From contig JAKOVR010000013.1 in assembly GCA_029782025.1 (NCBI GenBank), forward strand, positions 4,903 through 36,902: 32,000 bases of DNA, written 5' to 3'. The notes beneath the pieces were generated by a model. The model was given only the letters and a program-made list of their open reading frames with translations, was not told where the DNA came from and made no database searches. The translations under genes were made by a program, and so were the position numbers. Source of the stretch: Actinomycetes bacterium (GTDB taxonomy: Bacteria; Actinomycetota; Acidimicrobiia; Acidimicrobiales; Acidimicrobilacustridaceae). This document shows, one piece after another, positions 17,191 to 25,522 of the stretch (position 1 is the stretch's first letter; each line of letters starts with the position of its first letter).

Positions 17191-17600
17191 GCGGTGCTCC
17201 TCGGTTGGGCGATGCTGGCGAGGTCGGTGGTGGCCAGCTCGTGGAGGAACTGGCCCCGGGCCCGGGACCAGGCGTGGTGCAGGGCGCACGGCGTCCCGCC
17301 GGCGCAGGGCCGTCCCTCGAGCACGCACTGGGCCACGTCGGTGGGTCCTTCGACGGCCTCGATGACGTCGAGCACGGTCACAGCGGTGAGATCGACCGAG
17401 GCGGTGTAGCCCCCGGTCGGTCCGGGGTCGGAGCGCACCCACCCCCGGGCCACGAGCGGGGCCACGGCCTGGGTGGTGAAGCCCGGAGACGAGCCGAGCG
17501 TGGCGGCCAGCTCGCTGGCCTTCAGCCTCCCGGGCGCGGCGGCCAGGGCCAGCAGCGCGCGGGTGGCGAGGTCCGATCGTCGCGTCACCTCCAGTCGCAC
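17187..17600 (-). CDS. Rrf2-family transcriptional regulator with three-Cys Fe-S ligand motif
   Basis: ORF 17187..17600 with a GTG start. N-terminal wHTH (RSDLATRALLALAAAPGRLKASELA) and the Cys motif CVLEGRPCAGGTPC. Confidence 0.88.
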   Translation of the reverse strand: MRLEVTRRSDLATRALLALAAAPGRLKASELAATLGSSPGFTTQAVAPLVARGWVRSDPGPTGGYTASVDLTAVTVLDVIEAVEGPTDVAQCVLEGRPCAGGTPCALHHAWSRARGQFLHELATTDLASIAQPRSTA

Positions 17601-17606
17601 AGTGCG

Positions 17607-17612
17607 AGACTA
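17607..17612 (-). promoter_or_regulatory. Candidate -10 box (TAGTCT) for a leaderless rrf2 mRNA
   Basis: The minus strand reads TAGTCT-CGCACT-GTG, placing the hexamer 6 nt before the start codon. No SD is present. Confidence 0.35.
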
Positions 17613-17652
17613 CAGGATGAGCCCGATGCTCACCGCCTCGGCCCACCCGGGC

Positions 17653-17700
17653 CGTCTGGATGCAACGAGCGACCCATGTGTCCCGATCTGCATCCAGACG
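17653..17700. promoter_or_regulatory. 48-bp composite palindrome, copy 2 (candidate Rrf2 operator), inverted relative to copy 1
   Basis: CGTCTGGATGCA-ACGAGCGACCCATGTGTCCCGATC-TGCATCCAGACG. The arms are identical to copy 1. The core matches copy 1 at 18/24 positions after reverse-complementing. Confidence 0.6.
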
Positions 17701-17806
17701 ACCGGTCGACGCCGAGGCGCCGGGCCGGGGCCGGGTCGGCGGGGAGGATCGCTACGATCCGGGGGCGCTCGGCCACGGCCGGCGCCGACGAAAGGATCGA
17801 TCGACG

Positions 17807-18979
17807 ATGACCGAGGCTGTGCTCCTGTCCGCGACCCGCACCCCGATCGCCCGGGCCAACAAGGGATCGCTCGTCGACGTCGACGCCTTCGAGCTGGCCA
17901 AGATCGTCATCGTCGAGGCCATCCGGAGGGCCGGTGTCCCCACCGAGGACATCGACGACCTCGTCCTGGCCGAGTCGCTCCAGGGCGGCGGGGTGATCGG
18001 CCGCTACGCCGCCGTCGAGCTCGGCCTGGTCTCGGTGCCCGGTCTGGCCGACAACCGCCACTGCGCCGCCGGCCTCAGCGCCGTACAGATCGCGGCCGGG
18101 AGCATCCGGGCCGGCATGGACCAGGTGGTCGTGGCCGGCGGCACCGAGAGCCTCAGCTCGATGCCCCAGGTGCTCAAGTCCGTCCCCGCATCAGCCCGGG
18201 ACTACCGCCAATGGATGTCGGCCAGCCACCCCGCCACCCCAGAGGCACCGGCCTTCGACATGGCCCTCACCGTGGGCGAGAACACCGCCCGCCTCGCCGG
18301 CCTCACTCGTGACGACGTCGACGACTGGGCCTACCTCACCCACCAACGGGCCGGCAAGGCCCTGGCCAACGGGTGGTTCGACGAGGAGATCGTCCCCGTC
18401 CCCCTCCCCGCCGGCGGTGGCGCCGACCGCTTCGCCCGCGACGAGCACCCCCGGCCCGACACGCCTCGCGAGGCCTACGCCGCCCTCAACCCGCTGCACC
18501 CGGAGCTGCCCAACCCCACCGTCACGGCCGGCAACTCGGCCGGCCTCAACGATGCCGCTGCCGCGGTCGTGCTCGCCTCCGACGCCTACGCCGCCGCCTC
18601 GGGGGCCACGCCGAGGGCCCGGATCGTGTCGTGGGCGTCGGTCGGGGTCGATCCGGTGGAGACGGGCCTCAGCCCCACCATCGCCATCCCCAAGGCGCTG
18701 GCCCGGGCCGGCATGGCGATCTCCGACATCGACGTGTTCGAGATCAACGAGGCGTTCTGCGCCGTCCCCGTCGCCGCCGTCCGCGCCCTCGGGCTCGACC
18801 CGGAGATCGTCAACGTCAACGGCAGCGGGTGCAGCCTCGGTCACCCGATCGCCGCCACCGGCGCCCGCATGGTGGTGTCGATGCTCCACGAGCTCGAGCG
18901 CCGTGATGCCCAGGTCGGCCTCGTCAGCATGTGTGCCGGCGGCGGGATGGGCTCGGCCCTGGTGCTCGAGCGCGTCTGA
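17807..18979 (+). CDS. Acetyl-CoA acetyltransferase (thiolase)
   Basis: ATG 17807 (SD AAAGGA) lies within ORF 17660..18979. Motifs NRHCAAGLSAV (active-site Cys), NEAFCAV, GCSLGHPIAATGARM and CAGGGMGSA. Confidence 0.9.
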   Translation: MTEAVLLSATRTPIARANKGSLVDVDAFELAKIVIVEAIRRAGVPTEDIDDLVLAESLQGGGVIGRYAAVELGLVSVPGLADNRHCAAGLSAVQIAAGSIRAGMDQVVVAGGTESLSSMPQVLKSVPASARDYRQWMSASHPATPEAPAFDMALTVGENTARLAGLTRDDVDDWAYLTHQRAGKALANGWFDEEIVPVPLPAGGGADRFARDEHPRPDTPREAYAALNPLHPELPNPTVTAGNSAGLNDAAAAVVLASDAYAAASGATPRARIVSWASVGVDPVETGLSPTIAIPKALARAGMAISDIDVFEINEAFCAVPVAAVRALGLDPEIVNVNGSGCSLGHPIAATGARMVVSMLHELERRDAQVGLVSMCAGGGMGSALVLERV

Positions 18980-19023
18980 CGGCTGGGCCCGGCTGGCGGT
19001 GGCGCGCGGCTGGCGATCGCCGG

Positions 19024-19845
19024 TCAGCGGGTGCGCCACTGGGGGCGCTGGCCCCCGGCGAAGCGAGCCTGGCCGTCGGCGAAGGCCTGCGGGTCCGAGC
19101 CGATCCGGGTGAAGAGGTTGGCCACGTCGATGGCCTGCTTGCGGGAGACCTCGAGCGCGGTCCACAGCGCCCGCATGGTGCCCTGGATCACCAGCGGCGG
19201 TGAGTCGGCGATGACCTGCGCGGCCCAGCGGGCCCGCTCGTGGAGCTCGTCCCGCGGCACGACCTCGGTGACGAGCCCGATGTCGAGCGCCCGCGCCGCG
19301 CTGATCCGCTCGTAGGAGCCGAGCAGCGACATGCGCATCACCTCTTGGAACGGCATCTTCGGCAGCATCTGCATCGGTTCGAACGCCGCCGTCATGCCGT
19401 AGGTGACGTGCGGGTCGAAGAAGGTGGCGTCGTCCGACGCGATGATGAACTCGGTCTCGCCGAGCATGTAGAAGGCACCCCCGCAGGCCATGCCCTGCAC
19501 GGCGGCGATCACCGGCTTCCACAGGTCGCAGGCCTTGGGCCCGACGTCACGGCCGGGATCGTCGTACATCCACGGGGTGGGGTAGCCGGGGTACCGGCCG
19601 GCGGCGATCCCCTCGATGTTCTCCTCGGCGATGGCCTCGCCCCGGTCGATGCCGGTGCAGAACGAGTCGCCCTCCGCGGCCAGCACCACGCAGCGGACGT
19701 CGTCGTCGTAGCGGAAGGCCTTCCAGAGGGCGGCCAGCTCCTCCTGCATCTTGGCGTTGATGGCGTTGCGGACCTGCGGCCGGTTCAACGACACCCACGC
19801 CACACCGTCGGTGATGTCCACCAAGATCGTCTCGTGCGCGTCCAT
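19024..19845 (-). CDS. Enoyl-CoA hydratase/isomerase (crotonase) family protein, 273 aa
   Basis: ORF 19024..19845. Motifs VAWVSLNRPQVRNAIN, FCTGID and AAVQGMACGGAFYMLGE. Confidence 0.88.
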   Translation of the reverse strand: MDAHETILVDITDGVAWVSLNRPQVRNAINAKMQEELAALWKAFRYDDDVRCVVLAAEGDSFCTGIDRGEAIAEENIEGIAAGRYPGYPTPWMYDDPGRDVGPKACDLWKPVIAAVQGMACGGAFYMLGETEFIIASDDATFFDPHVTYGMTAAFEPMQMLPKMPFQEVMRMSLLGSYERISAARALDIGLVTEVVPRDELHERARWAAQVIADSPPLVIQGTMRALWTALEVSRKQAIDVANLFTRIGSDPQAFADGQARFAGGQRPQWRTR

Positions 19846-19968
19846 GGAGGCCGGAGCTTACCGACCGGTGTCCCGGCCCTCCGCCTCGATGCACCGCCGA
19901 CAGCCGCGATGCGCCGTCGATAGCATGCGCAGGCTCGCCGGGTGGGGCTCGGCACGACAGGGGGACCG

Positions 19969-20790
19969 GTGCAGGACTTCGAGACGATCTTGTACGAGGA
20001 GCGCGAAGGCGTCGCCTACGTGACGCTGAACCGGCCCGAGGTCCACAACGCCTTCAACGAGGCCATGCAGCGCGAGCTGCGCCACCTGTGGCGGGCGCTG
20101 CGGGAGAACGACGACGTGCGCTGCGTGCTGCTCACCGGGGCGGGCGAGAAGGCGTTCTGCACCGGGATCGACCGGGCCGAGGCCATCGACGCGTGGCTGG
20201 CGGATCCCGACGCCCGTCCCAGCACCGGCATCGTCTCGACGCCGTTCATGTACGACGACCCCGGCGCCAACATCAACCCGAAGCAGAACGACCTGTGGAA
20301 GCCGATCGTGGCTGCGGTCAACGGCATGGCCTGCGGCGGCGCGCTCTACATGCTGGGCGAGGCCGACATCATCGTGGCGGCCGAGCACGCCACCTTCTTC
20401 GACCCCCACGTCTCGTTCGGGATGGTGGCCGGCTTCGAGTCCGTGCATCTCCTCCAGAAGCTCCCGCTCGGCGAGACGCTGCGGGTGGCGCTGCTCGGGT
20501 CGAACGAGCGGCTCTCGGCGGCGCGGGCGTGCCAGATGGGGCTGGTGTCCGAGGTCGTCCCGGCCGAGGAGCTGATGGAGCGGGCCACCTGGGTGGCCCA
20601 GTGCATCGCCGACGCCCCGGTCCTGGCCGTGCAGGGCACGGTGCGGGCGGTGTGGATGGCCCACGAGCTCGGGCGCCGGATGGCCCTGAGCCAGGTGTCC
20701 AGCCTTGTGGAGCTCGGGACGGAGTACGGCAACATCGACGAGGGCCAGCAGGCCTTCCGCAACGTCCGCCGGGAGTGGCGCCTCCGCTGA
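19969..20790 (+). CDS. Enoyl-CoA hydratase/isomerase family protein, paralog of 19024..19845
   Basis: ORF 19942..20790. GTG 19969 is preferred (GGGGGA 5 nt upstream) and gives 273 aa, the same length as the paralog. Motifs VAYVTLNRPEVHNAFN, FCTGID and AAVNGMACGGALYMLGE. Confidence 0.85.
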   Translation: MQDFETILYEEREGVAYVTLNRPEVHNAFNEAMQRELRHLWRALRENDDVRCVLLTGAGEKAFCTGIDRAEAIDAWLADPDARPSTGIVSTPFMYDDPGANINPKQNDLWKPIVAAVNGMACGGALYMLGEADIIVAAEHATFFDPHVSFGMVAGFESVHLLQKLPLGETLRVALLGSNERLSAARACQMGLVSEVVPAEELMERATWVAQCIADAPVLAVQGTVRAVWMAHELGRRMALSQVSSLVELGTEYGNIDEGQQAFRNVRREWRLR

Positions 20791-20811
20791 CACCGGCGCC
20801 CCGCCGTCCTT

Positions 20812-20858
20812 CCGTGGGTGCGCAATGTCACGGTCGACGGTGCATTGCGCACCCACGG
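20812..20858. repeat. REP-like palindromic element, copy B
   Basis: CCGTGGGTGCGCAATG-TCACGGTCGACGGTG-CATTGCGCACCCACGG, with perfect 16-bp arms. It lies between the convergent echA paralog and adk. Confidence 0.75.
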
Positions 20859-20892
20859 CCCCCGGCCCAGGGCGCCGGTCCTCCGGTGCCGA

Positions 20893-21471
20893 TCAGGTGA
20901 GGTCGAGGCCGTCGAGCGCGGCTTCGAGCCGGCCGCCCACCTCGTCGACGGATCCCGTCCCGTCGACCTCCCGGAGGATCCCCCGGGACCGGTAGTACTG
21001 GATCAGCGGCTCGGTCTCGGCCTTGTAGACCTCGAGCCGGTGCCGGAACGTGTCGAGATCGTCGTCGGACCGTCCGGACTGCTTGCCCCGCTCCACGATC
21101 CGGCGCAACAGCTCGTCGTCGGGGACGGTGAGTGACAGCACCGCATGGAACGTGCTGCCCGCCGCCCGTCCCCACTCGTAGGCGGCCTCGGCCTGGGCGA
21201 TCGTTCGGGGGAAGCCGTCGAGCACGAACCCCGAGAGCCGCTCGGGGCTGGTGATCCGGTCGTAGACCATCTGCACCACGAGGTCGTCGGGAACGAGCTC
21301 GCCGCGGTCCATGTAGGCCGTGGCCGCCTGACCGATCGGCGTGCCGTCCGCGACGTGGGCACGGAGCATGTCCCCCGTGGCGATGTAGGGCACACGGTGG
21401 GCGCGGGCCAACCCGGGACCCTGCGTTCCCTTTCCCGCTCCGGGTGGAGCGAGGAACAGCGCTCGTAGCAC
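20893..21471 (-). CDS. adk: Adenylate kinase (short-lid form)
   Basis: ORF 20893..21471. GTG start preceded by GAGGAGG. Motifs LAPPGAGKGTQ, ATGDMLR, LDGFPRT and the short lid GRSDDD. Confidence 0.9.
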   Translation of the reverse strand: MLRALFLAPPGAGKGTQGPGLARAHRVPYIATGDMLRAHVADGTPIGQAATAYMDRGELVPDDLVVQMVYDRITSPERLSGFVLDGFPRTIAQAEAAYEWGRAAGSTFHAVLSLTVPDDELLRRIVERGKQSGRSDDDLDTFRHRLEVYKAETEPLIQYYRSRGILREVDGTGSVDEVGGRLEAALDGLDLT

Positions 21472-21673
21472 GGCGGCCTCCTCTGCCTACGGGTGCGGGA
21501 CACCGTAGGCGAGCGGCGTCGCGGTGCAGGACGGAACGGACGCGGACGCCAAGTTGGCATCGACGTGAGGGCGCAACGAATGCTGTCCCCGAATGCCTAC
21601 TCGGGATCGGGGGCGACCTGGAGTTCTGTTCCGGGACAATGTATGGGACACCGACCGGAAGCGGTCGACGCAT

Positions 21674-21696
21674 GGTCAGAAAAAACGCCTCTGACC
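21674..21696 (-). terminator. Hairpin just downstream of tRNA-Thr (possible terminator, no trailing U-tract on the minus strand)
   Basis: GGTCAGA-AAAAACGCC-TCTGACC. This is a 7-bp stem in an unusually AT-rich patch, 11 nt beyond the tRNA 3' end. Confidence 0.3.
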
Positions 21697-21707
21697 TGCA
21701 TGTTTTC

Positions 21708-21783
<76 letters not shown>

Positions 21784-21835
21784 GGACCGGTCGATGCTAG
21801 AGGCTCGTGCCGCCGCGCCGTACCGGACTTCACCG

Positions 21836-21894
21836 CCGTCCCCGTGGGTGCGCAATGCACCGGGCCCCGTGACATTGCGCACCCACGGGGACGG
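21836..21894. repeat. REP-like palindromic element, copy C (22-bp perfect arms)
   Basis: CCGTCCCCGTGGGTGCGCAATG-CACCGGGCCCCGTGA-CATTGCGCACCCACGGGGACGG. The loop is the reverse complement of copy B's loop at 11/15 positions. It lies between divergent tRNA-Thr and the DUF3263-like gene. Confidence 0.75.
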
Positions 21895-21971
21895 AGCAGA
21901 GCGGAGGGGCAACGGCGGTGCCGGGGGAGGGTCCTTGATTCGCGTGGGCCCATCGGCCAAGGTGTCCGGCG

Positions 21972-22232
21972 ATGGATCTGACCGAACGCGACCGCGCCAT
22001 CCTCGACTTCGAACGCACGTGGTGGTCGATGACGGGGCCGAAGGAGGCCCACATCCGGGAGCAGTTCGAGCTGTCGGCCGCCCGCTACTACCAGATCCTC
22101 AACGAGCTGCTCGAGTCGCCCGAGGCCTACGACTACGACCCCCTGGTGGTCCGTCGCCTGCGCCGCATGCGGGACCGCCGTCGCCGTGCCCGCCACGAGG
22201 GCGTCACCGTCAGCGAGCCCCCGAGCCGCTGA
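21972..22232 (+). CDS. DUF3263-like small protein (86 aa)
   Basis: ORF 21972..22232. Sequence DRAILDFERTWWSMTGPKEAHIREQFELSAARYYQILNELLESPEAYDYDPLVVRRLRR matches my memory of the actinobacterial DUF3263 pattern. Confidence 0.75.
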   Translation: MDLTERDRAILDFERTWWSMTGPKEAHIREQFELSAARYYQILNELLESPEAYDYDPLVVRRLRRMRDRRRRARHEGVTVSEPPSR

Positions 22233-22310
22233 CCCCGGCGGCCCGGCACGCTTCCGGGGTGCCAACCTCCCTATGATCGCCGTCGTGCACACGCCGCGGG
22301 AGCCCCAGCT

Positions 22311-23180
22311 GTGAGCCCGGACGATCCGGGTCGCCCGCCCGGTGGCGCGCCCGGCGCGCCGGGGCCGACCGACCCGCCCGACTCGCCGCTCGGCATGCTG
22401 GCCGACGCCACGCCGGCGCCCGTCCCCCGGCCGGCCAAGAAGGTGGTGAAGAAGGTCGTCAAGAAGGCGGTGAAGAAGGCGCCGGGCCCGGGGAGCGGCG
22501 CCGGTCAGGGTGCGCCCCCGCAGAGCAAGCCCGCCCGTCCGGCTGCCGCCGTGGCCGACGCCCCGCGCGCCCGACCTCGGCCCCCCCGGGGCGGCGACGC
22601 CATCGATGCCCTCCTCGACGACCGCACCGCGCCCACGGAGCGCACACTCGGGTCCGACGCCACCGCCACCATCAAGGGTCTGGTGATCATCGGCCTCGCC
22701 GTGCTCCTCGGGTTCGTGCTCATCTCCAGCGGCTACCAGCGCGACGGGTCGCTCGTCGCCGGCCGCCCGGCCGAGGTGGCCGAGTCCACCACCACCACGG
22801 CGTCGCCCTTCTACAACACGACCACCACCCGTCCGCTCAACGCCGCCACCACGGCCCCGCTCAAGCCGCCGGCCGACGTCACCGTGGTCGTGGCCAACGC
22901 GGCCAAGATCCCGGGTACGCCGGCAGGCGACACCACCCGCAAGGTGAGCGGGGCGGGCTACAAGACGAAGACCGCCGTCGACGACCCCAACACGGTCGCC
23001 GCCACGATCGTGTACTACGCCGAGGGCTACAAGGGGGAAGCCGAGGCGCTGGCCAAGCTCCTCAAGCTCGACCCGTCGAAGACCGGTCCCATGCCGAGCC
23101 CCCAGCCCACCTTCGCCCAGGGGGCCCAGCTCGTGGTGGAGCTCGGCCCCGACTTCGACCCCCAGAGCGTCAAGGGCTGA
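22311..23180 (+). CDS. Membrane-anchored LytR_C (LytR/CpsA/Psr C-terminal) domain protein
   Basis: ORF 22311..23180 with a GTG start (uncertain). Pro-rich N-terminus with a KKVVKKVVKKAVKK repeat (12-bp DNA repeat around 22437-22481). One TM helix (IKGLVIIGLAVLLGFVLISSGY). C-terminal VTVVVANAAKIPGTPAGDTTRKV...IVYYAEGYKGEAEALAKLL. Confidence 0.72.
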   Translation: MSPDDPGRPPGGAPGAPGPTDPPDSPLGMLADATPAPVPRPAKKVVKKVVKKAVKKAPGPGSGAGQGAPPQSKPARPAAAVADAPRARPRPPRGGDAIDALLDDRTAPTERTLGSDATATIKGLVIIGLAVLLGFVLISSGYQRDGSLVAGRPAEVAESTTTTASPFYNTTTTRPLNAATTAPLKPPADVTVVVANAAKIPGTPAGDTTRKVSGAGYKTKTAVDDPNTVAATIVYYAEGYKGEAEALAKLLKLDPSKTGPMPSPQPTFAQGAQLVVELGPDFDPQSVKG

Positions 23181-23224
23181 CGAGCCGGCGGGGCAGCATC
23201 ACGGCGGCGGTAGGCGGACCCGGC

Positions 23225-24085
23225 ATGCACCCTGATCCCCTCGCCACGTTCGCGGCTGCGGCCCAACACGCCGCGCTGTTCACCGACTTCGACGGGACGC
23301 TGTCGGACATCGTGGCCGACCCGGCCGATGCCCGACCCCACGGCGACGCCGCCGACCTGCTCGGCATCCTCGCCGGCCGGCTCGCCATCGTCTGCGTCCT
23401 CTCCGGCCGCCCCATCGCCTTCCTCGAGCCCTTCTTCCCCGACCCGGCCATCCGGCTGGTGGGGCTCTACGGCCTCGAGCAGCGCATCGGTGGCGCCCGG
23501 ATCGATCTTCCCGGCGCGGGCGTGTGGCGGGAGGTCGTGGCCGACACGCTCGCCGCCGCCGGCACCGGGCCGGCCGGGATGCGGGCGGAGGGCAAGGGCC
23601 TGTCGCTCACGTTGCACTACCGGGAGCACCCCGAGATCGAGGATGCCGTGGCCACGTGGGCCGCGGGGCAGGCCCGCCGGACCGGCCTCGTCGCCCGCCG
23701 GGCCCGCATGTCGGTCGAGCTGCATCCCCCGATCGAGGTCGACAAGGGCTCCGTGCTGCGGGCCGCCGTCGAGGCCGCCGACCAGGCCAGCGACGAGGCC
23801 GGTGGCGCCGCCATCGAGGCGGATGTCGGCGGTGACCGCGCCACCGGCGAGCGCGAGCCGACGGTGCGGGCCGTGTGCTTCATGGGCGACGACGCCGGCG
23901 ACCTCACCGCCTACGACGCCCTCGATGCGCTGGCGGCGACGGGCCGGCACACCGTCCGGGTGGCGGCGGCCAGCCCCGAAGCCGTGCCCGAGCTGCTGGC
24001 CCGGGCCGACGTCACGGTGGACGGGCCCGGTGCCGTCGTCGCCATCCTCCGGGAGCTGGTGGGCGCCACCGCCCCCCGGCGCTAG
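23225..24085 (+). CDS. otsB: Trehalose-6-phosphate phosphatase (HAD family)
   Basis: ORF 23225..24085. The HAD motif FTDFDGTLS, plus VLSGRP and FMGDDAGD. Convergent with otsA; the stop codons overlap within CTAG at 24082-24085. Confidence 0.82.
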   Translation: MHPDPLATFAAAAQHAALFTDFDGTLSDIVADPADARPHGDAADLLGILAGRLAIVCVLSGRPIAFLEPFFPDPAIRLVGLYGLEQRIGGARIDLPGAGVWREVVADTLAAAGTGPAGMRAEGKGLSLTLHYREHPEIEDAVATWAAGQARRTGLVARRARMSVELHPPIEVDKGSVLRAAVEAADQASDEAGGAAIEADVGGDRATGEREPTVRAVCFMGDDAGDLTAYDALDALAATGRHTVRVAAASPEAVPELLARADVTVDGPGAVVAILRELVGATAPRR

Positions 24086-25491
24086 CGGCCGATCTCGGCC
24101 GCCGCGAGCTGGTCATCGAGCCAGTCGCCCGGCGAGCGGGCCGCCGCCAGCTCGCGGAGGCGGGCGGCCCGGGCGACGCGCTCGGGGTCGTCGGGATCCA
24201 TGGCCAGGGCGCGGTGCAGCGTGTCGGCCGTGCCGGTGATGTCGAACGGGTGCACGGGCAGGGCCGCGTCGGCCAGCTCGTCCCACGCCCCGGCTTCGGG
24301 CGAGAGCAGGAGCACGGCGTCGCGCTGGTTCAGCAGCGGGGCCTCCTTGGCCACCAGGTTGAGGCCGTCGCGGATCGGGTTCACCATGACGACATCGGCC
24401 AGGGTCAACGCGGCCAACGACAGGGCGTAGTCGTCGGAGGCGTCGAGGTGGATCGGCGTCCAGGTCGAGGTGCCGAAGCGCTCGTTGATGCGGGCCACCG
24501 TGGCATCGACCTCCTGCCGGTAGGTGCGATACGCGGGGACGCCGGTGCGGGAGGGATACACGAAGGCGCCGAAGACCACACGGCCGAGCCACTCGGGATG
24601 GCGCTCGAGGAGGTCCTCGTAGGCGAGGAACCCGCGCACGAGGTTCTTGCTCAGCTCGATGCGGTCGACCCGGGCGACCAGCCGCCGTTCGCCGACCACG
24701 GCGGCGAGGCGGGCCACCGCCGTCTGGGTGGCGGCGTCGGCGGCGGAGCGGGCCAGGCCGTGGGCATCGGTGGCGAGCGGGGAGACGAACGTGGGCGGGA
24801 CGTGCCCGATCGCCGCCCGGCACGCCGTGTCGAACGCCGACGCCCAGCGGGCGGAGTGGAAGCCGCAGGCGTCGTTGCCGGCGAGACCCTCGAAGAGCTC
24901 TCGACGGACGGCGTCGGGCAGCACGGTGCACAGACCGGGCGCGGCGAACGGGGTGTGCGAGAAGTGGACCAGGGACAGGTCGGCGCGGGCGGCCCGCACC
25001 ATCGGGGCCAGGAGGGCCAGGTGGTAGTCCTGCACGAGGACCACGGCGTCGCCAGGCGCGGTGGCGATCACGGTGTCGGCGAAGCTCCGATTGACCGACC
25101 GGTACGCGTCCCAGGCCACGTCGAAGCGGCGGTCGAACACCGGCGACCGCACCAGGTCGAACAGGTGGTGGTGCAGGAACCACAGCACCGCGTTGCCCAC
25201 CTCGTCGTAGGCCAGGCGGAAGGTCTCCGGGTCGGGGGCCACGTACTGCAGCCGGAACCCGGCCGCCTCGATGGGGACACCGGACGCGGCGCTGCGCTCG
25301 GTGTCGTTGAACGCGGCGGCGATCCAGGTGGCCCCGGTGCCGACCATCAGGGGACTGAGCCCGCTGGCCAGCCCGCCGGCGGCCCGGCGCGCCCGGGCCG
25401 GCCCGCCCGCCGCGTCGGGGGCGAGGCTCACGGGCCCACGGTTCGAGACGACGACCACAGGCCGGTCGGAATGCACCGGGTCACGTGCCAC
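24082..25491 (-). CDS. otsA: Alpha,alpha-trehalose-phosphate synthase (GT20)
   Basis: ORF 24082..25491 with a GTG start. Motifs VVVSNRGPV, VLVQDYHLALL, and RVDRIELSKNLVRGF with the typical GT20 C-terminal half. Confidence 0.88.
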   Translation of the reverse strand: MARDPVHSDRPVVVVSNRGPVSLAPDAAGGPARARRAAGGLASGLSPLMVGTGATWIAAAFNDTERSAASGVPIEAAGFRLQYVAPDPETFRLAYDEVGNAVLWFLHHHLFDLVRSPVFDRRFDVAWDAYRSVNRSFADTVIATAPGDAVVLVQDYHLALLAPMVRAARADLSLVHFSHTPFAAPGLCTVLPDAVRRELFEGLAGNDACGFHSARWASAFDTACRAAIGHVPPTFVSPLATDAHGLARSAADAATQTAVARLAAVVGERRLVARVDRIELSKNLVRGFLAYEDLLERHPEWLGRVVFGAFVYPSRTGVPAYRTYRQEVDATVARINERFGTSTWTPIHLDASDDYALSLAALTLADVVMVNPIRDGLNLVAKEAPLLNQRDAVLLLSPEAGAWDELADAALPVHPFDITGTADTLHRALAMDPDDPERVARAARLRELAAARSPGDWLDDQLAAAEIGR

Positions 25492-25522
25492 GCGCCGTCG
25501 ACCCTACATGCGACCATGGGGC

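Noticed and set aside
21674-21707. Reading the GGTCAGA...TCTGACC hairpin plus TGCATGTTTTC as a plus-strand intrinsic terminator.
   Set aside because: No plus-strand transcription unit lies upstream (adk and the tRNA are both on the minus strand). It is more simply a tRNA-flanking hairpin.
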